This document shows, in pieces, positions 20,016 through 27,657 of a DNA stretch of 64,000 bases. The notes beneath the pieces are model-generated. The model was given only the letters and a program-made list of their open reading frames with translations. It had not been told where the DNA came from and did no database searches. Both the position numbers and the translations under genes were made by a program. Within the stretch, counting starts at the first letter, position 1. Each line of letters begins with the position of its first letter. The stretch is from positions 1 to 64,000 of the IMG/VR virus record IMGVR_UViG_3300033997_000136. One strand, 5' to 3'.

Positions 20016-21634
20016 CCGTAAACGAAACCAACGGGATTGGTGAGTACAATCCTAATGAACCTTTTTTGGCAGACACAGACACAACTGTGCAAGCTGTAGA
20101 AGTTCCAAAAGACGAACCGTCACCAGCTCCCGCAGATGACCAGTCTGTTAACACCGAAGTTTCATCAGACTCTGACGATGAAACTACATCAGACGACGAC
20201 AGTGAATCCTCAGTCACTGAAAGACCATCTGTTCTTCGTGCGTATGAAATACCAGCAGGTCGTCATCCATTTGTCTTATCTATTCCATCGGATGGTAAAC
20301 ACGACGAACCATTGGTTGTACTGACCATCAGTAAAACTGACTTTAAAGAAATCCGTGATTTAACGGAAAAGAAAATTGTCAGCGGCGATAAAATCAATCA
20401 ATGGGTTGAAGCCACCACCATTGCATTAGGTCAGTATCATTCGGACGATGTTACTCACCACTTCGAACGTGAAGGTAGTGATTGGACAAACCAAGTAAAA
20501 CACGGTGATGTCACCATTGGTCCAAAACGTTCAAAGTTTAACGTCAGTAAACGCGCAAACTCAGTAGTCAGCGGTGAAGATGCATTGTTATTAGCGCGTC
20601 AATCTGCAAACCTGGGTACAACGTTAGACTTCCCATTATTCCACACTGGGATTCGTTTGGGTATTCGTGCACCACTGGATGCTGAGTTGTTACAGGTTGA
20701 ACAGGCTATCAGTTTAGATAAAATAAACTTAGGCCGTCGTACAGCCGGTGCTTCGTTTGCGAACACCAGTATCTACATGTTTAAACATGCGGTGGATTTA
20801 GCATTACGTAAAGTGTTTCACACCAACTATGAGTCTGTAGTTGCTGAAGACTTGCGTAAAGTTATTCGTGTGACTGACGTACCTCGTCTGTTAGCATCCA
20901 TGATGATTACTGTGTACCCACACGGGTATTACATGGTTCGCCCGTGTGTGTCTAACCCTGAAAAGTGTACACACATTGATGAAGGTACGGTGAACTTAAA
21001 CCACATGCTTCAAACGGATGATGCATCGTTAACAGCTATCCAAAAAGCAATGTTGTTATCTGATGCAGCAATGACAGCAGACCGTCTTGAGACGTATCAG
21101 AACGCACACGTAGCGAAACAAATCGATCGCGTTGAGTTGATGGAAGGTATCTGGTTGCATCTGGAAGTCCCCACCATCCAGACGTTTATGGATTCAGGTC
21201 GCCGTTGGGTAGACGGTATTGTTGAAATGATTAAAGAAACGTTCAAACAAGAACCTTCTGAAAAAGAGCGCGATGCGTTCATCCTTCAACAAGCCATGGT
21301 TACACGGATGCGTCGTTACGCACACTGGATTAAGAAAATCGAGTATGTAGATGAAATCTTTGTTACCGATGTACTTGACATTGAACGTACGCTAAATGAG
21401 TGGTCTGGTGAAGATGATTTGTACAAAACGTATAAAGAGAAAATCGAAACGTTCATTAGCAACGCGACGATTGATGCGTTTGGTATTCCGTACCACACCT
21501 GTACAAAGTGTAAATCTGAACCTCACCCAGCGTTCAAGTTAAAGAACTTAGAACACTTGATTGCAGTGGATGCGTTAGAGTGTTTTTTTACCCTACTGTC
21601 CCGCCGTTCATCCAAGACACTAACCAGAATCTAG
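20012..21634 (+). CDS. Conserved tail-assembly-chaperone / baseplate-hub-assembly-like protein (frameshift G-type product)
   Basis: 540 aa; acidic N-terminus; IRAP..E motif; two Cys clusters (PCVSNPEKC, CTKC); ends shortly after a TTTTTTT slippery run. Confidence 0.6.
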   Translation: MTVNETNGIGEYNPNEPFLADTDTTVQAVEVPKDEPSPAPADDQSVNTEVSSDSDDETTSDDDSESSVTERPSVLRAYEIPAGRHPFVLSIPSDGKHDEPLVVLTISKTDFKEIRDLTEKKIVSGDKINQWVEATTIALGQYHSDDVTHHFEREGSDWTNQVKHGDVTIGPKRSKFNVSKRANSVVSGEDALLLARQSANLGTTLDFPLFHTGIRLGIRAPLDAELLQVEQAISLDKINLGRRTAGASFANTSIYMFKHAVDLALRKVFHTNYESVVAEDLRKVIRVTDVPRLLASMMITVYPHGYYMVRPCVSNPEKCTHIDEGTVNLNHMLQTDDASLTAIQKAMLLSDAAMTADRLETYQNAHVAKQIDRVELMEGIWLHLEVPTIQTFMDSGRRWVDGIVEMIKETFKQEPSEKERDAFILQQAMVTRMRRYAHWIKKIEYVDEIFVTDVLDIERTLNEWSGEDDLYKTYKEKIETFISNATIDAFGIPYHTCTKCKSEPHPAFKLKNLEHLIAVDALECFFTLLSRRSSKTLTRI

Positions 21635-22074
21635 AGGCTCCTGACAGTCATGTGCTGTCTCCTCAGTTTGGTCAGAAGGAATTCTTTAACACACCTCAGG
21701 TTTCAAATACGTTACGACACTATCACACGCACGATTCTGTGCTTGCTGGACAAGTGCTCGGGATGGCGTATGACATGGACTACGGAATACATGACCACAC
21801 CAAAGACCCACATCCATGGTCTGGTATCATCCTTCACCCAAAAGAGGATATTCGAAAGATAGATCCATTTCGTTTATCCCTTGATAAGTTTTTAAAGAAC
21901 AACGTCAAGGAACTCACAGGGTATACACATCGTGAATTCACGATGTTAGAACGAAGCCATCAACAATTAATTATTGATGCGTTAGTTCACTACAAGGATT
22001 ATGTTGCACGTCTTCAAGAAGAAGCCAAACGTAAAGCTGAGGCTGAGAAAGAGAAGAAAGGTAAGGACAGGTAA
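21580..22074 (+). CDS. Overlapping -1 frame ORF; probable frameshift extension (GT-like) or GTG-initiated protein
   Basis: 164 codons with no ATG before codon 63; ELTGYTHREFTML pattern resembles chaperone extensions. Confidence 0.65.
   Translation: MFFYPTVPPFIQDTNQNLEAPDSHVLSPQFGQKEFFNTPQVSNTLRHYHTHDSVLAGQVLGMAYDMDYGIHDHTKDPHPWSGIILHPKEDIRKIDPFRLSLDKFLKNNVKELTGYTHREFTMLERSHQQLIIDALVHYKDYVARLQEEAKRKAEAEKEKKGKDR
21583..21589 (+). other. Candidate programmed -1 ribosomal frameshift heptamer U-UUU-UUU
   Basis: GAG TGT TTT TTT ACC in the frame of 20012..21634; the -1 frame GTG TTT TTT TAC CCT opens ORF 21580..22074. Confidence 0.6.
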
Positions 22075-22081
22075 TATTGAT

Positions 22082-22114
22082 GTCGTAGGGTCATCCCTAC
22101 GACTCTTTTATATG
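22082..22114 (+). terminator. Intrinsic terminator followed by TATG
   Basis: gtcgtaggg-tcat-ccctacgac then tctttta; TATG at 22111-22114. Confidence 0.7.
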
Positions 22115-22121
22115 TTTTTTC

Positions 22122-22142
22122 AAATATATATCATTGTTGTGT
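22122..22142 (+). promoter_or_regulatory. Putative early promoter motif, copy 3
   Basis: aaatatatatcattgttgtgt. Confidence 0.55.
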
Positions 22143-22180
22143 AGACCCGTAGTAACAATGATACTTTCATAAGGACCATC

Positions 22181-23263
22181 ATGGAACACTTTAATCAGTT
22201 ATATCGCAATAAAGAAACAGGTAAATTAATCGCTGTACTTCGCAGCCAACCAGTTATGAATCAAGACGCTAGTGCGTTATTGGTTTACGCAGATAACTAC
22301 CCAGCAGTGATTAGTCGCGAACAGTTCGCTGCCGATTATGAGTTCTTTGAAACTCTGATTCCAATCACTATTCAAAACGCCGTGGGTATTCCGGTAAATC
22401 CACCACCAGGCAAATCGGTTGAAGAGCACCGTGAAGTCATCAATGGTTTGTACGATAGCATTTTACAAAGTGCTATTAACATCACAGCTATTTCATGTAT
22501 CCCATTTGAAATAGATACAAATGCCACCAACAACAAACTGGGACACACTCAGTTAAACGATACTAACTTTATCGGTTACTGGGTGACTGCGCATGTATCC
22601 AGCGCCAGCTTAAGTAAAGAAACTAACATGTGGCATATCCCTGTTGAGCTGGGTGGCTTCCTGTGTGAGTCGAAGTATCGTGAATTAAACAATATCGCTG
22701 ATTCTGTGACTACAGATGAGCTGTTTAACCACATCCTTCCACCTAACTTGAAAATTATGGTGCCAGATACCAATGGTGAAGCATGGCAACCTCCTGTGGC
22801 AATTACATGGGATATTCCTGTGTTTATCCCACAGATGTTTGATGAAGCGTTGCACAATGAAGCAGCGTCTGCAACAGACATGAATCAAGCGGTACTGGCT
22901 GCGTTATCAGGTGGTGAAGAGCAAGACATTGGCGAATTGGATGGTCATCAAGACCCACAGTTAGACCAACGTCACTTAGACCGTTCGGGTGATGCTGAAC
23001 ACAGTTTAGACCCAGCTCTGGTTGACGCAGTTCACGGTTTATCCGATGAGACAAAAGCTGCCTTAAAGGAAGGGTTACCTGAAGTGCTGGGAACTCTGGA
23101 AGGTGTCATAGCCAAACACACCACGGATGATTTTGATTTGGATAATTTTAATCCAGATGAATCTCAGTTGCAGTCTATCGCTGAACAACAGGCTGTTGCA
23201 GTTGATTCTGAAGAAGCCATTGAAGCATCTAACGATTGTGAAGATGGTGCGTGTAAAATCTAA
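22181..23263 (+). CDS. Hypothetical protein with acidic linker and NrdA-like C-terminal Cys pair
   Basis: 360 aa; N-terminus LYRNKETG resembles DUF1653-type starts; ends NDCEDGACKI. Confidence 0.75.
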   Translation: MEHFNQLYRNKETGKLIAVLRSQPVMNQDASALLVYADNYPAVISREQFAADYEFFETLIPITIQNAVGIPVNPPPGKSVEEHREVINGLYDSILQSAINITAISCIPFEIDTNATNNKLGHTQLNDTNFIGYWVTAHVSSASLSKETNMWHIPVELGGFLCESKYRELNNIADSVTTDELFNHILPPNLKIMVPDTNGEAWQPPVAITWDIPVFIPQMFDEALHNEAASATDMNQAVLAALSGGEEQDIGELDGHQDPQLDQRHLDRSGDAEHSLDPALVDAVHGLSDETKAALKEGLPEVLGTLEGVIAKHTTDDFDLDNFNPDESQLQSIAEQQAVAVDSEEAIEASNDCEDGACKI

Positions 23264-23269
23264 GTAGTC

Positions 23270-23313
23270 AGATAGAGAAGGAGCACACGCTCCTTCTCTA
23301 TCTTCTTTGTTTT
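23270..23313 (+). terminator. Intrinsic terminator
   Basis: agatagagaaggagc-acac-gctccttctctatct (15-bp perfect stem) then tctttgtttt. Confidence 0.8.
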
Positions 23314-23324
23314 AAAACTTTTTT

Positions 23325-23345
23325 AAACCTATATCACTAACGTGA
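23325..23345 (+). promoter_or_regulatory. Putative early promoter motif, copy 4
   Basis: aaacctatatcactaacgtga. Confidence 0.6.
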
Positions 23346-23410
23346 GTCTATATAGGCATTGAGATAAATCTCTATGTCTTTCATTCATAAAAAGTAAAGA
23401 GGAATATCCC

Positions 23411-24700
23411 ATGTCAACAGAAATTGTAAGACAGTTCTTAGTCGAACGTATGTCATTACGTTGGGCAATTATGGCGTGCTTTAAAAAGCATGTTAAAGAT
23501 AGTCAAGAACCACTACGTCCAGAACAGGCATTGATTCTTGCCGATATCGTGGACCAGCGAGAATTCACACGTGAACAGTTCGTTCACTTAGTCAAAACGC
23601 TGAATATGGATTGGTGGACTGAGTACGGTGTTCGTGTTCAATTAGTTGCAGAGAACTTACTACGTCAATGCACGTGGCGTTCATTGCAACCAAGTAAAGT
23701 TCACTACTTCTTAAGTAACTATGGGTTTCCAGATATGTTCATGTGCATCAGCGCACACTGGATGGAAACAGCGTCCATAGAACAGAAAGTGCACTTAGCT
23801 CGCGATTTGTTTTTATGCTTAAAGACAGCGCGTAAGTTTAAAGGGTATGTGGATGCACGTACCGTGTTTCGTTTAGAAGAAGACAATCAGCGCATGTTGC
23901 AGTATTGTCAGTGGATTGACGTTGAACGTCTAAAAACCGTTGACCGCCTGCACACTGTATTAAAAGAAAACCCGGAGACAACAATGGAAACTATGGAACA
24001 AACTAAAACAACAGAAAACACCACTGAACCAGCAGCTCAGGTTGACCAATCAACACAACCTACTGATTTTGGTGGTTTGTTTAACTGTGTAGCTGAGCAG
24101 GTCGATGAAATGATTGGTTCGTCATTAGGACAAACCTATTTGAATATCATGGGTATGGGTCGTCATAAATTTGATACACCAACCCCTGAAGGTGAAATCA
24201 CTGTAGAACAAACGGTTGAACAGCAGATTCAATCTCTGTTAATCAACTGGCCATCACTACGTCTTTATTCAGCTACATTGTGGCCATCGCTGTCTGTCTT
24301 TACAGGCGAGTCAGAAAATCCACTGGTTCAATTCCTACTGGAAGTTTCTGATGTGTTGGTAAAGAAAGAACAGTTGGTTGCAGATGACGTGTTTGTTGTG
24401 GTAGCACAACTGCAAGCATTGTTTATACAGTACGTCTACCCTGACTACACACGTGTGGTTGATGGACAGGTCGTTGTCTCATCAGATTTTATTGAAGCGT
24501 TAAAAGCGATTCAACCAAATGAAATGGAAGACCTGACTACAGTGACTACCTTTGTCGTGAATTTATGTCAACACTATACGGTGTCGCTGGATTCACTTTC
24601 AGATGCAGTCATGAGCACTGGCATCGCTATCCTTCAAAGCAAACAACCCGCTACTGAAAACCCGCTTCAATCTGGCTTAGATACGCTGGCGAATCAGTAA
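23411..24700 (+). CDS. Hypothetical protein, apparently two modules with an internal in-frame start
   Basis: 429 aa; GAGGA SD; internal GGAG-N6-ATG at 23974-23986. Confidence 0.7.
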   Translation: MSTEIVRQFLVERMSLRWAIMACFKKHVKDSQEPLRPEQALILADIVDQREFTREQFVHLVKTLNMDWWTEYGVRVQLVAENLLRQCTWRSLQPSKVHYFLSNYGFPDMFMCISAHWMETASIEQKVHLARDLFLCLKTARKFKGYVDARTVFRLEEDNQRMLQYCQWIDVERLKTVDRLHTVLKENPETTMETMEQTKTTENTTEPAAQVDQSTQPTDFGGLFNCVAEQVDEMIGSSLGQTYLNIMGMGRHKFDTPTPEGEITVEQTVEQQIQSLLINWPSLRLYSATLWPSLSVFTGESENPLVQFLLEVSDVLVKKEQLVADDVFVVVAQLQALFIQYVYPDYTRVVDGQVVVSSDFIEALKAIQPNEMEDLTTVTTFVVNLCQHYTVSLDSLSDAVMSTGIAILQSKQPATENPLQSGLDTLANQ

Positions 24701-24706
24701 GTGTAA

Positions 24707-24749
24707 AAAGTAACCTACATGCACTATTGTGTAGGTTACTTTATTTTTT
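24707..24749 (+). terminator. Intrinsic terminator
   Basis: aaagtaacctaca / tgtaggttacttt (13-bp stem) then atttttt. Confidence 0.7.
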
Positions 24750-24772
24750 AATAAAAAAGTTAGGGGACAATA

Positions 24773-25444
24773 ATGTCAGATGAAAATAACGATGTAGGAA
24801 TTAGTCTAGAGCTTCTGGGTGAAGAAAACGCACTTAGTCCACTTAAAATGCGCGAATACAACTATCCGGGTATTCTGCCAGATTCAGAAATACGTCGTAT
24901 GTGTTTTCCATTCAACGACAATGAGAAACCATTGTTAACACCATTTGCTGAACGTACATCAGTGAATGATAAAGGTGCGCGTATCCCAAGCTACGGTATT
25001 TCATCAATGGGGTATGACATTCGTTTAGCACCTGAGTGGAAGTTGTTTGATAGACCTGAAGAAGGGACGATTGACATTCTCAATCCACAACCAGGTCGTT
25101 ATGTGACAGAATCCTCTGGGGAATGGATAATCATCCCACCAGGTACAACGGTGTTGTCGCGTAGTGTTGAATACTTTAACCTTCCTAACGATGTGTTTGG
25201 TATTTGTACAGGTAAATCCACATTGGCTCGTTTAGGGTTAGATGTGTTGGTTTCTCCTTTGGAACCGGGTTGGTCAGGTCATCTCGTGGTAGAGATTGCT
25301 AACAACACCCCGAATCCAATTCGTATGTATGCAGACATCGGTGTGAGTCAGCTTGTCTTCTTCCGTTCACGGTATGCTCCTGATAAAGCGTACACAGGCG
25401 GAAAGTACGATAAGCAAGAAGGGATTACTGAATCCCTTTTATAA
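24773..25444 (+). CDS. dcd: dCTP deaminase
   Basis: SSMGYDIRL, GKSTLARLGL, LEPGWSGHLVVEIAN, SQLVFF, GKYDKQEGIT. Confidence 0.93.
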   Translation: MSDENNDVGISLELLGEENALSPLKMREYNYPGILPDSEIRRMCFPFNDNEKPLLTPFAERTSVNDKGARIPSYGISSMGYDIRLAPEWKLFDRPEEGTIDILNPQPGRYVTESSGEWIIIPPGTTVLSRSVEYFNLPNDVFGICTGKSTLARLGLDVLVSPLEPGWSGHLVVEIANNTPNPIRMYADIGVSQLVFFRSRYAPDKAYTGGKYDKQEGITESLL

Positions 25445-25457
25445 AGTGAGGATAGGT

Positions 25458-26129
25458 ATGGATTCACAATTACTCATATGGACATTGATTTCAATGGGAA
25501 GTCTTCTTGCTGTTATTTTATTAATTGCATTTGAGACATCTAACCATTCGAAGTTTATTTATCACGTTCGTTTAATGACGATACAAGTCATCTGGTTCGT
25601 TTGTATTAAGCATCCGTACCTTTGGGGCTTTGCATCGAGAAACACGCTTAGAATCGCTCTGAAGCTATTTGAGAGCCGTCCACTACATGAAGGTTCAGTT
25701 ATTGAATCACTTCATCGTGTTTTACCTGGACCTTTTGCATTTGGTCGTTATAGTGCTGAGCTATTTCAGATGCAAACCAGTACATGTCCTCAAGTTAGTG
25801 AGATGATGGGTTTTTTAGATGTGACTAAACTACCTAACTTTGTTCTTGTTAGTGTAAAGACGGTGGATGGACATTCGGGATTTGTTGTAAAGACAACCCG
25901 AAGTCTTCAAAGTAGTTGGGTGGACCGCGATGGGTTTGATGTGCATCTTGTGTACGCACGTAGAGAGTACAGCAATATAAAACCATTGCCTTCGTTTAAT
26001 ATCATCTCAGAGATGGACACAAAGCGTTTAAACATACCCGGAGCTACACGTTCTCGGTATAGTTACATCGAACCTATGCTTAAAGATATTTTACTATCCT
26101 TTAAGTCGAGTGATTTGTTTAAATCATAA
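25458..26129 (+). CDS. Hypothetical protein with N-terminal membrane anchor
   Basis: GAGGA SD then ATG 25458; hydrophobic LLIWTLISMGSLLAVILLIAF. Confidence 0.7.
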   Translation: MDSQLLIWTLISMGSLLAVILLIAFETSNHSKFIYHVRLMTIQVIWFVCIKHPYLWGFASRNTLRIALKLFESRPLHEGSVIESLHRVLPGPFAFGRYSAELFQMQTSTCPQVSEMMGFLDVTKLPNFVLVSVKTVDGHSGFVVKTTRSLQSSWVDRDGFDVHLVYARREYSNIKPLPSFNIISEMDTKRLNIPGATRSRYSYIEPMLKDILLSFKSSDLFKS

Positions 26130-26135
26130 AACCAC

Positions 26136-26176
26136 AGAAGAGGGAAGTTCCCTCTTCTTTTCTATCTCTTTTTTAT
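26136..26176 (+). terminator. Intrinsic terminator
   Basis: agaagaggga-agt-tccctcttct then a T-rich tract. Confidence 0.65.
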
Positions 26177-26197
26177 TTACAAGGAACAAAAAATAAA

Positions 26198-27607
26198 ATG
26201 TCAAAGTCAAAATCATTTCAACGTGTTACTATCTCCGCATATTTAGCCCGTGCTTTATTTGGTGAACAAATCCTGTCATGGATGTTTCCAAAACCGTTTA
26301 CATATTCAGAACACACTGCAAATCGTTATTTAACACACAACGACGACGCTGCATTGACAGATGTCTTCTTTGATTGGATGAATCGCTTCTTTAAAGAACA
26401 AACGATTACTGCTCCTAAAGAGAAGTTGTATCCATATACGCTGTTCCCAGCAGACGTTATTGTGACAGGACTACACAAAGATTTACCGATGCACATTGCA
26501 GTTGATGTTGCGTATTACAACACCAATCCGTTAGATACGCTAAAAGAGACGGTAGATTTTATATCGTTACATAAAGGTGAAACTCTGCAAAGTGTATTGG
26601 ATTTATCCTTTTTCCATGAACCGGGTATTGCTGCTGCTAAATCACGTGAAACTACATCAAACGGTGGTCGCGATGAACGTCAATTTAGACAACGTGTTTT
26701 TAGCAGTTTAGTTTCTGGACTTAATGAAGCTAAACGTATGCCTACAATTAAAGTTGGAACAAACCTTCAGGACTCGCTAAATGCAAAAGTGGATAAGACT
26801 ATCTACCTTGCAGCCGTCTCACCTGAATGGTTTGAATTGAACATGCGTAATTTGTACCTTGCAGCGTGTCGAGAAGTGACGTTCGGTGGTTTGAAACCAC
26901 GCAAAAGCTCTGATGTTATTAATTGGTTACAGAAGTACATTTCAGCGACTGATGTTCTTCACTCAATAGTTGACCATGTAACAACTCAGACGTTTAAAAT
27001 TGTTTGGATAGATACTAAACGTAGCGATATGGAAGTTATCTACGTAGGTACAATATTGGAATCACAACTTCAACCCAAGCAAGAAGAACCAATCGGAACT
27101 TCAACGCTTAATCGCTGCTGTGAAACCGCTGTAGGTCTTGATAAAATGTTAACTGAGTTTAAGAGCGAATTTTCAGATATTACACTTGAACAAAAGTTAA
27201 CAGAAATGTCAGATGCGGTTAAACAATGGTTATCAGCTAGTCGTCGTTTTCAGGTAAAACAATTTGCACACATTAAAGGGTGTGAGTTTAAATTGTCTAT
27301 GGATGATTTTAAACGAACGTTTGGTGCTGACTTTCCACAGATAGTCTCGTTGCGTACACCTAGTAGTTTGTTTAGCTTTTTGCAAGAACTAGATGGGCAC
27401 TCAATGACACTATTGCGTGGTGGTATTTTACTTGAAGGTAAATTAGTGGGTTCTGGATTTCCTCGTGAAACCACAGTTATATTTACCAATGAGTCTAAAC
27501 TAACATTCAAACCCAAAGGTTTTAGTAATGAACTTACGGTAGATGTTACGGATAAACGAAAGCGCCTGTTAAGCGATTACTTTAACCTATTTAACAGTAG
27601 TAAATAA
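26198..27607 (+). CDS. Hypothetical protein (accessory)
   Basis: 469 aa; AAGGA SD; no motif recognised. Confidence 0.7.
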   Translation: MSKSKSFQRVTISAYLARALFGEQILSWMFPKPFTYSEHTANRYLTHNDDAALTDVFFDWMNRFFKEQTITAPKEKLYPYTLFPADVIVTGLHKDLPMHIAVDVAYYNTNPLDTLKETVDFISLHKGETLQSVLDLSFFHEPGIAAAKSRETTSNGGRDERQFRQRVFSSLVSGLNEAKRMPTIKVGTNLQDSLNAKVDKTIYLAAVSPEWFELNMRNLYLAACREVTFGGLKPRKSSDVINWLQKYISATDVLHSIVDHVTTQTFKIVWIDTKRSDMEVIYVGTILESQLQPKQEEPIGTSTLNRCCETAVGLDKMLTEFKSEFSDITLEQKLTEMSDAVKQWLSASRRFQVKQFAHIKGCEFKLSMDDFKRTFGADFPQIVSLRTPSSLFSFLQELDGHSMTLLRGGILLEGKLVGSGFPRETTVIFTNESKLTFKPKGFSNELTVDVTDKRKRLLSDYFNLFNSSK

Positions 27608-27655
27608 AAAAGACGAATAAGAGGAAGGGCAATTGCCCTTCCCTTTATTTTTTGT
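27607..27655. repeat. 49-bp direct repeat / bidirectional terminator, copy C
   Basis: Identical to 16288-16336; lies between converging genes. Confidence 0.85.
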
Positions 27656-27657
27656 TT

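Noticed and set aside
24773-25444. dCTP deaminase as evidence of a uracil-containing genome (PBS1/AR9 type)
   Set aside because: Dcd is common in T-containing jumbo phages as a dTMP supply route, and a Tmk-like gene is present. The window cannot decide this.
9084-27655. Repeated 41-49 bp sequences as a CRISPR array or IS ends
   Set aside because: Copies are 7-11 kb apart with no spacer periodicity. They are terminator hairpins, and no cas or transposase gene is nearby.
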